Origin: Clostridia bacterium
Lineage (GTDB): Bacteria > Bacillota > Clostridia > Christensenellales > UBA1242
Length of the DNA stretch: 64,000 nt
Direction: 5' to 3'
NCBI GenBank assembly: GCA_045637805.1
Contig: JAZUAE010000001.1
Coordinates: 15,794 to 79,793, forward strand
Below are positions 36,662 through 47,193 of this stretch, piece after piece. Positions within the stretch are counted from its first letter, which is position 1. Every line of letters begins with the position of its first letter. A program made the translations under genes and the position numbers. The notes beneath the pieces are model-generated. The model saw only the letters and a list, made by a program, of their open reading frames with translations. It had not been told where the DNA came from and did not search any database.

Positions 36662-36982
36662 CTATTTGCAATTATTTGTTATAAAATATTTTAATTCGTT
36701 TTCACTCATATATCCAGACCTTCTTGCAACTTCCTGCCCATTTTTAAAAATTACAAGTGTAGGAATGGTATAAATTTTGTTTTCAATTGCTATCTGCTGA
36801 TTACTGTCGATATCTACTTTTACAAAATCAATATTATCTGAAAGTTCAGCACTGACTTTTTCAAACACCGGGGCAAGCATCTTGCATGGACCACACCATG
36901 TTGCCCAAAAGTCCACAACAACATACTTTTCTTGATTTATAACATTTATAAAATCTTTTCCTGATATATTTTGCATTTTCAT
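36662..36982 (-). CDS. trxA: thioredoxin
   Basis: 106 aa with the VDFWATWCGPCK active site. Confidence 0.93.
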   Translation of the reverse strand: MKMQNISGKDFINVINQEKYVVVDFWATWCGPCKMLAPVFEKVSAELSDNIDFVKVDIDSNQQIAIENKIYTIPTLVIFKNGQEVARRSGYMSENELKYFITNNCK

Positions 36983-36986
36983 TCCC

Positions 36987-38249
36987 CTATATCATACTTT
37001 GCATTGTGTTAATTATTGCTTTAGCGCCAAGTTGACACTCAACCGTTGCACCATCAGCCATTCTTTTAACTAAAACTCTACCTGTTTGAAGCTCAGTTTC
37101 ACCAAGTACAACAATAAATTTAGCACCGATCTTATTAGCATATTTCATTTGTGCCTTAAAACTTCTGTCCATTAAATCGTAATCACAAGCCATGCCTAAA
37201 GCACGAATCTCATTTGCTAAACGTATTGTACTACTTAATACTTGACTATTTTGAGAAACAATATACAAATTGTTGTAGTCTGGTAATCTTACTGGGACAT
37301 TATTCTTCTCTAAAAGCAATAATAAATGCTCAATACCAAGCCCTACGCCAACAGCTGGAAGCGACTTTCCACCAAGCCCCTCAATAAGCCCATCATATCT
37401 TCCGCCGCCACAAATAACATTAAGTGCACCCTTTTCAGTTGTTAAAAATTCAAATACTGTTCTTGTGTAATAATCAATACCACGAACTAAATTTACATTA
37501 ATTGCATATTTTACACCAGCATTATCAAGGCAAGATTTTACGCCCTCAAAATGGTTTTTACAGTCATCACAAAGATAATCAATAGGTTTTGGAGCGCTCT
37601 CCTTAAATTTCTTGCAACCTTCTTCTTTGCAGTCAAGCAATCTAAGTGCATTCTTTTGGTAACGAACCTTACAATCTTCACACATTGTGTTTATATATTT
37701 TGAGTAGTATGCTTTTAGTTCTTCTAAATATCTTTTTCTACAATCTGGGCAACCGATTGAATTTATATTAATTGTATAGTTGTGGAAGTTGAGTTTATCA
37801 AGTACCATTTTTATAGTACCTATAACCTCTGCATCCATTGCTGGAGAATACGAACCAAAAGCTTCAATTGAAAACTGATGGTGTTCACGAAGTCTACCTG
37901 TTTGTGGTCTTTCATATCTAAAACATGGCGTATATGTAAACAACTTTAAAGGCAAAGCTTCATTATCTAAACCATTTTCAACAACCGCTCTTGCAATAGA
38001 CGCGGTACCTTCAGGTTTAAGTGTTAAACTTCTTTCACCCTTATCCATAAAAGTATACATTTCTTTATTTACTATATCTGAGCCTTCACCAACACCACGA
38101 ACAAACAACTCTGTATGTTCAAATACAGGAGTTCTAATCTCTTTAAAATCACGAATACGAAGAGTATCGCGAATAATAGATTCTACTGCTGTCCAAACGT
38201 CAATCTCGCCTGGAAGTACATCTTTTGTTCCTTTTGGTCTAATAATCAT
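36987..38249 (-). CDS. hisS: histidine--tRNA ligase
   Basis: 420 aa. PKGTKD, class-II motif 2 (FRYERPQ.GR.REF/H) and GGGRYD motifs. Confidence 0.95.
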   Translation of the reverse strand: MIIRPKGTKDVLPGEIDVWTAVESIIRDTLRIRDFKEIRTPVFEHTELFVRGVGEGSDIVNKEMYTFMDKGERSLTLKPEGTASIARAVVENGLDNEALPLKLFTYTPCFRYERPQTGRLREHHQFSIEAFGSYSPAMDAEVIGTIKMVLDKLNFHNYTININSIGCPDCRKRYLEELKAYYSKYINTMCEDCKVRYQKNALRLLDCKEEGCKKFKESAPKPIDYLCDDCKNHFEGVKSCLDNAGVKYAINVNLVRGIDYYTRTVFEFLTTEKGALNVICGGGRYDGLIEGLGGKSLPAVGVGLGIEHLLLLLEKNNVPVRLPDYNNLYIVSQNSQVLSSTIRLANEIRALGMACDYDLMDRSFKAQMKYANKIGAKFIVVLGETELQTGRVLVKRMADGATVECQLGAKAIINTMQSMI

Positions 38250-38259
38250 ATCGTTCTCC

Positions 38260-39570
38260 TTATAAGATATATTTTTTCAAATCGTATTCTTTAATTAATT
38301 TTTCTAAATGTTTTTGCACATAATTTTTATCAATTACAACCTCAACAGGAGGAAGATCACTGCAAGCATTGAATGAAATATCATCGAGTAGTGTTTCCAT
38401 AATTGTATGCAATCTTCTAGCTCCTATATTTTCACGAGTATCATTCTCAAGAGCTGTAATTTTTGCAATTTCACGAATAGCATCTGGTTTAAATTTGAGG
38501 TTTATATTATCAACTGCAAGCAAACTTGTATATTGATTAATTAAAGAGTTTTCTGTTGTGCTCAATATTTTTTCAAAATCAGATTCTGTTAATGAATTCA
38601 ATTCTACAACGACTGGGAATCTACCCTGAAGTTCTGGAATTAAATCCTCTATTCTTGATATATGGAACGCGCCAGCTGCAATGAATAAAATAAAATCTGT
38701 TTTAAGTGGTCCATATTTTGTATTAACTGTAGAACCTTCAACTATAGGAAGAATATCTCTTTGCACGCCTTCTCTTGAAACATCATTGTTATTTGCATTG
38801 CCTTTAGCCGCAATTTTATCAATTTCATCAATAAAGACAATTCCCTCTTGCTCAGCTCTGCGTAAAGCTTCCGCATTTACACTATCAAGATCAATCAAAC
38901 GATCACATTCTTCGGCAAGCAACATTTTTCTAGCATCAGCAATAGTAAACTTTTTACGTTTTCTATTTTTTGGCATAATTCCGCCAAGAATTTCACCAAT
39001 GTTAATTTCAACACCCATACCTTGCATCATCTGCATTTGTGCAGGAGCTTCAACCACATCAATTTCTATTTCTTTATTTTCAAATGCACCATTTTTTAAA
39101 TTTTCTTCTATGTATTCACGAAGTTCATTATCTGTTCTAGTAGAGTCAGTTTTTCTAAGTTGCATGAAAAGTTGTTGTTTAATTCTTTCATCAACAGCTT
39201 TTGCGGCCTGTTCTTTAACGCCTTCATATCTCTCACTCTTAACAAGTCTAATAGCCTCTTCAACAAGATCACGAATCATTGATTCAACATCGCGACCAAC
39301 ATATCCAACTTCAGTGTATTTTGTAGCCTCTACTTTTACAAAAGGTGCTTTTACAAGCTTAGCTAAGCGTCTAGCTATCTCTGTTTTACCAACACCTGTA
39401 GGACCTTTCATAATAATATTTTTAGGTGTTACTTCTTCTTGCATTTTTGGGTCAAGTTTACTTCTTCTATATCTATTTCTAAGAGCTATTGCTACAGAAT
39501 GCTTTGCTCCTTCTTGACCTATTATATATTTATCTAATTCATGTACAATTTGTTTTGGTGATAATTGCAT
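38260..39570 (-). CDS. hslU: ATP-dependent protease ATPase subunit HslU
   Basis: LDKYIIGQ..AK, Walker A GPTGVGKTEIARRLA and IVFIDEIDKI motifs. Confidence 0.96.
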   Translation of the reverse strand: MQLSPKQIVHELDKYIIGQEGAKHSVAIALRNRYRRSKLDPKMQEEVTPKNIIMKGPTGVGKTEIARRLAKLVKAPFVKVEATKYTEVGYVGRDVESMIRDLVEEAIRLVKSERYEGVKEQAAKAVDERIKQQLFMQLRKTDSTRTDNELREYIEENLKNGAFENKEIEIDVVEAPAQMQMMQGMGVEINIGEILGGIMPKNRKRKKFTIADARKMLLAEECDRLIDLDSVNAEALRRAEQEGIVFIDEIDKIAAKGNANNNDVSREGVQRDILPIVEGSTVNTKYGPLKTDFILFIAAGAFHISRIEDLIPELQGRFPVVVELNSLTESDFEKILSTTENSLINQYTSLLAVDNINLKFKPDAIREIAKITALENDTRENIGARRLHTIMETLLDDISFNACSDLPPVEVVIDKNYVQKHLEKLIKEYDLKKYIL

Positions 39571-39572
39571 AA

Positions 39573-40106
39573 CTAAACCTCCTCAACAGTAAGGTTTCCA
39601 TTAGTGAATATACATATATCACCTGCAACCTTCATAGATTTTTTTGCAATTTCTAATGCTGAAAGATCAGTATTTTCAGCAAGAGCACGTGCTGCTGCTA
39701 GTGCATAATTACCACCTGAACCGATAGCACAAATACCATCTTGAGGTTCAATAACGTCACCAACACCACTTATAATTAGCATAGTTTCTTTGTCTGCAAC
39801 AATCATCATTGCATTAAGGTTGCGAAGGACTTTATCTCCACGCCACATTTGAGCGAGTTCAACTGATGCACGCATTAAATTTCCTGAATATTTATGCAAC
39901 ATTTTTTCAAACTTTTCACAAAGTGTAAAAGCGTCTGCTGTGCTTCCAGCAAAACCAACTACAACCTGATCGTTAAAGATCCTTCTAACCTTTTTAGCGT
40001 TTGATTTCATAACAACAGTTTCACCAGCAGTAACCTGTCCGTCACCAGCAAGCACTGTCTTACCGTTACGACTAATACCTATAATTGTTGTTCCCATTAA
40101 TTTCAT
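39573..40106 (-). CDS. hslV: ATP-dependent protease subunit HslV
   Basis: 177 aa. N-terminal GTTIIG catalytic region and GSGG block, upstream of hslU. Confidence 0.95.
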   Translation of the reverse strand: MKLMGTTIIGISRNGKTVLAGDGQVTAGETVVMKSNAKKVRRIFNDQVVVGFAGSTADAFTLCEKFEKMLHKYSGNLMRASVELAQMWRGDKVLRNLNAMMIVADKETMLIISGVGDVIEPQDGICAIGSGGNYALAAARALAENTDLSALEIAKKSMKVAGDICIFTNGNLTVEEV

Positions 40107-41404
40107 TAACGTACTATCTCCTTAATTCGTTTCATTTCTTTTACTGCTCTATCAAAATACATTTTCTTTCTGAGCTGTTTATCTCTTGGTAACTCTTCAA
40201 GAGGTTCTAAAATGCCAAAGTTGGCATTCATAGGTTGAAAATTAACATTTTCAGTAGAAATATAATTACAAAGCGAACCGATAATTGTCTTATTTGAAAA
40301 CTCAAATGGTTTTTTGCCCAAAAGTTTATTTGCTAAGCTTATAGCGGCAACCAGTCCACTTGCAATACTTTCAACATACCCCTCGACCCCAGAGAGTTGC
40401 CCTGCAAAGAAAATATTTGGATTGCTTTTAAGTGAAAAATCTGGATTTAAATGCTTAGGACTATTAATATATGTATTTCTATGCATTACACCAAATTTAA
40501 TAAATTCAGCATTTTCGAGTGCAGGTATTAACTTAAATATACGATTTTGTTCAGTAAATGTCAAGTTTGTCTGAAATCCAACTAAATTATATAAATCGCT
40601 TTTTGTATTTTCTTTGCGAAGTTGTACAACAGCAAAAGGTTTTTTACCATCACCAGAAAAAAGCCCAACTGGACGTAGAGGTCCAAATCTCAAAGACTCC
40701 CTTCCACCAGAAGCCATAACTTCAATAGGTATGCAGCCTTGGAATATTTCTTTCTTTTCAAAATTTTTAAGTTCTATGCGTTCACCTTTTACAAGCTCGT
40801 CAACAAACCTATAATATTCTTCTTTGGTAAGTGGGCAGTTAACGTAATCACTTTCACCCTTGCCATACCTGTCTGCATTAAAAGTTTTTGAATAATCAAT
40901 CGATTCAGCAGTAACAATAGGTGCAGACGCATCGTAAAAAAACAAGTTAGATTCCCCAAGCATTTTTAAAATATCTCGGCTCAGAGCATCACTAGTCAGT
41001 GGTCCAGTTGCAATTATTGTTGGCATATCTCTATCAATTTTCTTAACTTCTTCGTGAAATATTTTAATATTTGGAGTATTTTCTATAATTGTAGTGATAG
41101 TTGTACTAAATCTATCTCTATCAACAGCAAGTGCCGAGCCTGCTGGCACGGCAACTTTTTTTGCAATATCTAAATTTAAAGATCCAAGTAGTTTTAATTC
41201 TTCTTTAAGTGTTCCAGACGCAGTGGTTGGCTCAATACTTTTAAAAGAATTTGAGCAAACTATTTCCGCCATAGATTTACTTGTGTGTGCAGGAGAAAAC
41301 TTAGTAGGTTTCATTTCATACAAATGAACTTCAAACCCACGTTTAGCTAGCTGATAAGCAGCTTCTGTTCCCGCCAAGCCTGCACCAATCACATTTACTA
41401 TCAC
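40106..41404 (-). CDS. trmFO: methylenetetrahydrofolate--tRNA-(uracil54-C5)-methyltransferase
   Basis: 432 aa. [15 protein letters not shown]-binding motif, and position in the topA-trmFO-hslVU arrangement. Confidence 0.93.
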   Translation of the reverse strand: MIVNVIGAGLAGTEAAYQLAKRGFEVHLYEMKPTKFSPAHTSKSMAEIVCSNSFKSIEPTTASGTLKEELKLLGSLNLDIAKKVAVPAGSALAVDRDRFSTTITTIIENTPNIKIFHEEVKKIDRDMPTIIATGPLTSDALSRDILKMLGESNLFFYDASAPIVTAESIDYSKTFNADRYGKGESDYVNCPLTKEEYYRFVDELVKGERIELKNFEKKEIFQGCIPIEVMASGGRESLRFGPLRPVGLFSGDGKKPFAVVQLRKENTKSDLYNLVGFQTNLTFTEQNRIFKLIPALENAEFIKFGVMHRNTYINSPKHLNPDFSLKSNPNIFFAGQLSGVEGYVESIASGLVAAISLANKLLGKKPFEFSNKTIIGSLCNYISTENVNFQPMNANFGILEPLEELPRDKQLRKKMYFDRAVKEMKRIKEIVR

Positions 41405-41407
41405 AAC

Positions 41408-43528
41408 TTATTCCTCTTCAGTTTTATTTTCTTTTTTTATTTCTTCCTTGCGGCTATAATCACATTTTTTGCAAAGAAAAACTTTTGTATTTTTAAATGG
41501 TCTTATTATTAAATCAACACCACATTTTGGACATTTTTCGTTGGCTGGGATATCCCAAGACTTATAATCGCAATCAGGATAACCTGAACAACCATAGAAC
41601 ACTTTGCCACGTTTTGATTTGAGTTTTAACAAATCTTTACCGCAGCTTGGACAACTGCCAACAACTTCCACTTCAGATTTTTCACCATCTAAAGGTTTTG
41701 TGTTTTTACATTTCGGATAGTTTGGACAAGCTAAGAATTTACCAAATTTACCCTCTCTAATAACCATGTTTGCACCACATTTGTCACAAACAATATCGGT
41801 TTCTTCAATAGAAGACTTATCTTTATAATCGCTACTAAACGCAGCTTTAAGTTCTTTTTCAAAATCGACATAAAAATCACCAACAACTTTTTGCCAGATT
41901 TTTCCACCAAGTTCAATATCATCAAGTTTTTCTTCCATATCAGCAGTAAAGCCAACGTCCATTATATCTGAGAAGAAAAGAACTAATAAATCACAAACTT
42001 TTCTTCCAAGTTCAGTAGAAATAAGTGCTTTACCTTCTTTCTCAACATATTTACGATTTAATATCGTATTTACGGTCTGAGAGTATGTTGCAGGTCTACC
42101 GATACCCTTCTCTTCCATTGCTTTTACAATAGTAGATTCATTATATCGAGCAGGTGGCTTTGTAAACTTTTGTTCAGGCTTAGTTTCCTGTTTTAATAAA
42201 CGATCCCCTGTCTCAATTTTAGGAAGAGTTGCCGCTGTATCGTCATTATCATCATTTTCAACAGTTGTTGTGTAAACAGCTGTATAACCATCAAAAATAG
42301 GAGTTCTTCCTGTAGTTTTAAACTTATGACCTGCGGCCTCAATGTCAACACTAAGTGAATTGTATGTCGCGTCACTCATTTGGCTAGCAACAAATCTATC
42401 ATAAATAAGCTTATATAATTTATAAGCATTCTTATCTATTTTATTTTTTAAGCTTTCTGGTGTTCTGGATAAACTAATAGGCCTTATAGCTTCGTGACCA
42501 TCTTGAACACCCTTTTTGTTTTTGTAAACTCTAGGCTTTTCTGGAACATACTTCTCGCCATATTTTTCAGTTATGTAATCTAAAGCCATTTTTTGAGCTT
42601 CCGGAGATACACGAACCGAGTCTGAACGGATATATGTAACAAGTGGAGTTTTACCTTCTCCAACAATGTCTACACCTTCGTACAAGTTTTGAGCAACTTG
42701 AGTTGTAAGCTTTAGATTAAAACCAAGCTTATTACCTGCTTCTTGTTGCATTGTTGGTGTAGTAAAAGGAGCTGATGGGTGCGATGCCGTAACGCTCTTT
42801 TTTACGTTTGTTGCAATAAAGTCCGCACTATTTATATCTGACAATATTTGATCCATCTGCTCTTTATTTTTAACTTTTTTATCTTTACCGGCAGACAAAG
42901 TAGCTTTTATAATTTCATCTGAACCATCTTTTTTAAGTTTAACCTCAAGTGTCCAGTATTCTTCTGGTTTAAAGTTCTCAATCTCACGATCTCTATCTAC
43001 AATCAATCTAAGTGTTACGGATTGAACTCTTCCCGCTGAAAGACTCGTAGCAATACCCTGAATCTTTCTTTTTAAAAGTGGAGAAATTTTGTAACCCACT
43101 AATCTATCAAGAACACGTCTTGCTTGTTGAGCATCAACTAAATTTATATCGATAGCTCTCGGTTTTTCAAGTGCAGCTTTAACAGCTTTATCACTAATTT
43201 CATTAAAAGTTACACGACACGCCTCATTCTCATCTATGCCCAAAATGTTTGCTGCGTGCCAAGCTATAGCTTCACCTTCACGGTCAGGGTCAGTTGCGAT
43301 TAATATACTTTCAGCATTCTTTGCTTCTTTTAGTAGATTGTTAACAACTTTCTTTTTATCTTCCATAATTTGATAATTTGGTTCAAAATTATTGTCAACA
43401 TCGACAGCAAGGCCACGAACAGGTAAATCTCTAATATGCCCAAAAGTTGGAATAACTTTATATTCGTTTCCCGCATACTTTTGAACACTGGATTGTTTTG
43501 CTGGTGCCTCGATTAAAATTAACTTCAT
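41408..43528 (-). CDS. topA: DNA topoisomerase I
   Basis: 706 aa. Toprim N-terminus (LIEAPAK, ATDPDREGE) and an active-site Tyr region. The C-terminus has three CxxC...CxxC zinc ribbons. Confidence 0.96.
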   Translation of the reverse strand: MKLILIEAPAKQSSVQKYAGNEYKVIPTFGHIRDLPVRGLAVDVDNNFEPNYQIMEDKKKVVNNLLKEAKNAESILIATDPDREGEAIAWHAANILGIDENEACRVTFNEISDKAVKAALEKPRAIDINLVDAQQARRVLDRLVGYKISPLLKRKIQGIATSLSAGRVQSVTLRLIVDRDREIENFKPEEYWTLEVKLKKDGSDEIIKATLSAGKDKKVKNKEQMDQILSDINSADFIATNVKKSVTASHPSAPFTTPTMQQEAGNKLGFNLKLTTQVAQNLYEGVDIVGEGKTPLVTYIRSDSVRVSPEAQKMALDYITEKYGEKYVPEKPRVYKNKKGVQDGHEAIRPISLSRTPESLKNKIDKNAYKLYKLIYDRFVASQMSDATYNSLSVDIEAAGHKFKTTGRTPIFDGYTAVYTTTVENDDNDDTAATLPKIETGDRLLKQETKPEQKFTKPPARYNESTIVKAMEEKGIGRPATYSQTVNTILNRKYVEKEGKALISTELGRKVCDLLVLFFSDIMDVGFTADMEEKLDDIELGGKIWQKVVGDFYVDFEKELKAAFSSDYKDKSSIEETDIVCDKCGANMVIREGKFGKFLACPNYPKCKNTKPLDGEKSEVEVVGSCPSCGKDLLKLKSKRGKVFYGCSGYPDCDYKSWDIPANEKCPKCGVDLIIRPFKNTKVFLCKKCDYSRKEEIKKENKTEEE

Positions 43529-43536
43529 ATCTACCT

Positions 43537-44625
43537 CTAATTTTGTTTTATACCGATGTAAAAATTACCCGGCAATTTTTTAATTAAACCATTAATTTCC
43601 ATTATTGTCAACTTTCTTAAGAGAAATTTTGACTCTAATTTTGTGATATTAGATATTTCATCTAAGCTTTTTTCCTCACCTAAGCAGGCTGCCAAAATTA
43701 TGACTTCGTCATCATCTAGCGCACTTGTAGTTGCTTCATTTTTTTGTAACTGATATTTAACCCCAAGCCTTGCACAAATCTTTTCAGAACTTATGGTAAA
43801 AGTTTCAGGAAACTGCTCAATTAAAAAGTTTGAGCCTTCAGATTTTTGTGAATTAACATTACCTGGCACAACAAACAATTCTCTACCATTATCTATTGTA
43901 TAATTCGCAGTAGAAATTGTTCCACTTTTTAGTCCAGCCTCAACAATAAGCGTGCCTTTTGAAAGTAAACTCATTATTTTATTTCTTTCCAAAAATGAAA
44001 ATTTCAATGCAGACTTATAAGGCGGATAAGTACTCATCACAAGTCCACCATTTTTAACAATCTTTCTTGCAAGTTCTGTATGGTCTTCAGGATAAATTTT
44101 ATCCAAACCACCAGCTAAGAAAGCTATCGTTTTACCCTTTGCAGCGAGCGTAGTTTTTGCAACGATTGAGTCAATACCGTATGCTAAGCCAGACATTGTA
44201 ACCAGTCCCGCGCCTACCAAATCTTTAGTAAATTTTTCCGCAGCCCACTCACCATAGTTTGTTGGCATTCTACTTCCAACAATTGTAATTATATTTTTTG
44301 TAAGTAAAGTTTTATCACCAACATAGTAAACAACTAAAGGATATTCTTCACTACATTTAAGTGCTATAGGATAATCATTATCTTCACAAAGAATATATTT
44401 CATACCCATATTATGTAGTTTCTTAACATATTTATCTATATTTTTAGGTTCAAGTTCAGTTTTTAATTTTTCAAATTTCTCTTCACCTAAAATTTCCAAA
44501 CACTGAGAAGATTTTGACACAAGTATACTAAGGATAGAATTATTCTTATCCTTTATCCCCATAAGCAGTTTGTATTTCTTACAAGGTATACCAAACTTAG
44601 ATAATATCAATATCTCTCTATTCAT
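43537..44625 (-). CDS. dprA: DNA processing protein DprA
   Basis: 362 aa. Rossmann-like core with SGLAYGIDS and VVEAG.KSG blocks, and a C-terminal wHTH. Confidence 0.9.
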   Translation of the reverse strand: MNREILILSKFGIPCKKYKLLMGIKDKNNSILSILVSKSSQCLEILGEEKFEKLKTELEPKNIDKYVKKLHNMGMKYILCEDNDYPIALKCSEEYPLVVYYVGDKTLLTKNIITIVGSRMPTNYGEWAAEKFTKDLVGAGLVTMSGLAYGIDSIVAKTTLAAKGKTIAFLAGGLDKIYPEDHTELARKIVKNGGLVMSTYPPYKSALKFSFLERNKIMSLLSKGTLIVEAGLKSGTISTANYTIDNGRELFVVPGNVNSQKSEGSNFLIEQFPETFTISSEKICARLGVKYQLQKNEATTSALDDDEVIILAACLGEEKSLDEISNITKLESKFLLRKLTIMEINGLIKKLPGNFYIGIKQN

Positions 44626-44633
44626 TGATCCCT

Positions 44634-46160
44634 CTATATATGCAATTTTTCAATATTTCTAAAACTTATTGCCTCCGCAACGTGCTCAACCTGGATATTT
44701 TCACTTGCTTCAAGGTCAGCAATCGTTCTGGCAACTTTAAGTATTCTATTATATCCACGCATAGATAAATGAAACTTATCAAAGGCATTTTTTATCAAAG
44801 CTTCACCCATCTCATCAAGCTCACAATATTTGCGAATAAGTTTGCTCGACATTTTAGCATTGCAATATATTTTTTCACCCGCAAAACGCTCAAGTTGAAT
44901 TTTACGTGCAGCATTAACACGCGCCCTCACCTCTGCACTTGTTTCTTCTTTAGATTGATCCTTCAAATCATAGAAAGATACTCTATCAACGTCAATCTTC
45001 AAGTCTATTCTATCAAGGAGTGGTCCAGATATTTTTTTCATATACTTAGAAATCATACTAGGTGAACAAGTACATTCCAAGTCTTTTGAACCATAATTTC
45101 CACAAGGACATGGATTCATACTTGCAACCAGTATAAAATTTGCCATATATTCAACTGTAGACGCTGCTCTAGCAACAGTAATAACGCCATCTTCAAGTGG
45201 CTGACGCAAACTTTCTAGTGTGTTTCGCTGATATTCTGGGAGTTCATCTAAAAATAGCACTCCGTTATGTGCAAGACTTATTTCTCCAGGTCTTGCGTCT
45301 CTTCCACCACCAGTAAGTGCAACTGTTGACGCAGTATGGTGTGGAGATCTAAATGGTCTATTAGTAACTATACCTTTATTTAAGTCTAACACGCCTGCAA
45401 CACTATGAATTTTTGTAATTTCAAGAGCTTCCTCTTTGGTTAGTTCTGGAAGTATTGATGGCACACACTTAGCAAGCATAGTTTTACCACTACCAGGAGG
45501 TCCAACCATTAATATATTATGTCCACCACTAACAGCTATCTCAAGAGCACGTTTTGCTGCATACTGCCCTTTAACTCTAGACAAATCCTCACCAAATGAG
45601 CCTTGCCCATTATATTTCCATTCTTGATACTTAATAGGCTCCATCTGAATATTTCCACTTAAAAATGATGATACGTCTGATAAATCTTCGAATGCAAAGC
45701 AAGAAATCTCACCTATGAAACTTGCCTCCTTACTATTGCCTTTAGGAATTATAAAATGTGTATAACCAAGCTCCCTTGCAGATATTATAAGTGGTAATAA
45801 ACCATTAACTGTTCTAACTTTACCATCAAGCCCAAGCTCACCGATAAACACATACTTTTGTGCATTTTCATAATTGATTTGTCCTAAAGCTGAAAGGTAT
45901 GCAACCGCTATTGCAAGGTCAAATGCTGGTCCCTCTTTTTTAGCAAACGCAGGTGCAAGGTTGACTGTAATTTTACCATTAGTAAACTTAAATCCTGAGT
46001 TGGAAATTGCCGACCTTACCCTTTCTTTAGATTCCTTTACTGAGGCATCTGGAAGTCCAACAATATCAAAGTGTGGTTGTCCACTAGAAACGTCCACCTC
46101 CACATCTATAGGGAGACCTATTAAACCAGATAAACCAAAACTTTTAACTTTTGCTAACAT
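44634..46160 (-). CDS. comM: YifB/ComM family Mg-chelatase-like AAA+ ATPase
   Basis: Walker A GPPGSGKTMLA and GVLFLDELPE. I chose the start at 46160 (MLAKVKSF), preceded by GGAGAG. Confidence 0.92.
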   Translation of the reverse strand: MLAKVKSFGLSGLIGLPIDVEVDVSSGQPHFDIVGLPDASVKESKERVRSAISNSGFKFTNGKITVNLAPAFAKKEGPAFDLAIAVAYLSALGQINYENAQKYVFIGELGLDGKVRTVNGLLPLIISARELGYTHFIIPKGNSKEASFIGEISCFAFEDLSDVSSFLSGNIQMEPIKYQEWKYNGQGSFGEDLSRVKGQYAAKRALEIAVSGGHNILMVGPPGSGKTMLAKCVPSILPELTKEEALEITKIHSVAGVLDLNKGIVTNRPFRSPHHTASTVALTGGGRDARPGEISLAHNGVLFLDELPEYQRNTLESLRQPLEDGVITVARAASTVEYMANFILVASMNPCPCGNYGSKDLECTCSPSMISKYMKKISGPLLDRIDLKIDVDRVSFYDLKDQSKEETSAEVRARVNAARKIQLERFAGEKIYCNAKMSSKLIRKYCELDEMGEALIKNAFDKFHLSMRGYNRILKVARTIADLEASENIQVEHVAEAISFRNIEKLHI

Positions 46161-46233
46161 ATTTTCTCTCCACAAATCATTGTAACAAATATTCAATCTA
46201 CTTGTAAACCTTTTTAAGTCAATTATTTAGCAA

Positions 46234-46257
46234 TAAAAAACCTCGGCATTGCCGAGG
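46234..46257 (-). terminator. rho-independent terminator after rplS
   Basis: The minus strand reads CCTCGGC-AAT-GCCGAGG-TTTTTTATT. Confidence 0.85.
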
Positions 46258-46263
46258 AATAAA

Positions 46264-46608
46264 CTATTTTGCTTCTTTAATTTTAGCTTTCTTACCAGAT
46301 AAATCTCTAAGGTAATATAATTTAGCTCTTCTAACTTCGCCTCTCTTAACGATTTCAATGCGATCAATCTTTGGTGAGTGAAGTGGGAATGTTCTTTCAA
46401 CTCCTACGCCGAAAGAAACACGTCTAACTGTAAATGTTTCTCTAATACCGCCGTTTTTACGAGCTATAACCACGCCTTCGAATGCTTGTAATCTTTCGCG
46501 AGTACCTTCAATAACTTTAACATATACCTTAACAGTATCACCAACATTAAAAGCAGGAACATCAGCGCGCATACCTTCTTTTTCAATCTGCTCTAATACA
46601 TTGCTCAT
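46264..46608 (-). CDS. rplS: 50S ribosomal protein L19
   Basis: 114 aa. F.VGD.V.V..K..EG.RER.Q.FEG.VI and R....GVERTFP.HSP blocks. Confidence 0.96.
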   Translation of the reverse strand: MSNVLEQIEKEGMRADVPAFNVGDTVKVYVKVIEGTRERLQAFEGVVIARKNGGIRETFTVRRVSFGVGVERTFPLHSPKIDRIEIVKRGEVRRAKLYYLRDLSGKKAKIKEAK

Positions 46609-46690
46609 ATATTTTTGCCTCCCTTTTAGTATGATAAGTGTTCATGCTAGCTCAATGGCGCAGAGGACCACTTAATAATTTTCTTGGAAT

Positions 46691-46719
46691 ATTCTAACAC
46701 ATAAACATCGATATATCAA
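46691..46719 (-). promoter_or_regulatory. sigma-A-type promoter dedicated to rplS
   Basis: The minus strand reads TTGATA-N17-TAGAAT, about 75 nt upstream of the rplS ATG. Confidence 0.6.
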
Positions 46720-46764
46720 GTGTTTTTTTAAAAAAATCGACATTTTTTATTTGCATCATTTTTC

Positions 46765-47193
46765 TTAAAATATATCTTTGATGTGCGTAATATCTTTGTC
46801 TATAATCGAAACTATATCAAATCGCATACTTTGACCACTGATTCCATATTCCGCCATAAATTTGCTTGCACCAGTGTATAAGTGCTTTTGTTTAAAAGAG
46901 TTAACCGCCTCAAAAGGCTCACCAAAAACCTTATTTGTCCTAGTTTTTACCTCTACAAAGACCAAGATATTTTTCATGTTTTTTATAATATTGCTGCGGA
47001 GCTCTTTTTTTACTTTACCTGCCAAAATCTCAGCATCTAACTCTTTAATTTGAACCTTTACAGGATCTATGAAAATTAGGTCAATTTCGCTCCCTTTTAC
47101 TTTGTAATTTCTTTCAACAAAAACATAACCAAGTTTTTTTAAATATTCTTCTGCTAAAGCTTCACCGATCTTTCCTTTGTCTATGTTACGCAT
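46765..47193 (-). CDS. yraN: YraN family (UPF0102) endonuclease-like protein with an internal ~30-aa insertion
   Basis: GE.LAEEYL...GY......Y....GEIDLI and VFVEVKTR blocks are present. They are separated by an extra lysine-rich segment. Confidence 0.8.
   Translation of the reverse strand: MRNIDKGKIGEALAEEYLKKLGYVFVERNYKVKGSEIDLIFIDPVKVQIKELDAEILAGKVKKELRSNIIKNMKNILVFVEVKTRTNKVFGEPFEAVNSFKQKHLYTGASKFMAEYGISGQSMRFDIVSIIDKDITHIKDIF

Noticed and set aside
38250-38259. I looked for a T-box or other leader upstream of hisS.
   Set aside because: Only 10 bp separate hisS from the hslU stop, so there is no room for a riboswitch. hisS appears to be co-transcribed with hslVU.
38681-39517. A 278-aa plus-strand ORF, the longest unexplained ORF in the track.
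   Set aside because: It lies entirely antisense to hslU, which has unambiguous AAA+ motifs. Its product is Ser/Leu/Ile-rich low-complexity sequence, as expected when a lysine/glutamate-rich AT-biased gene is read backwards. It has no SD or promoter.
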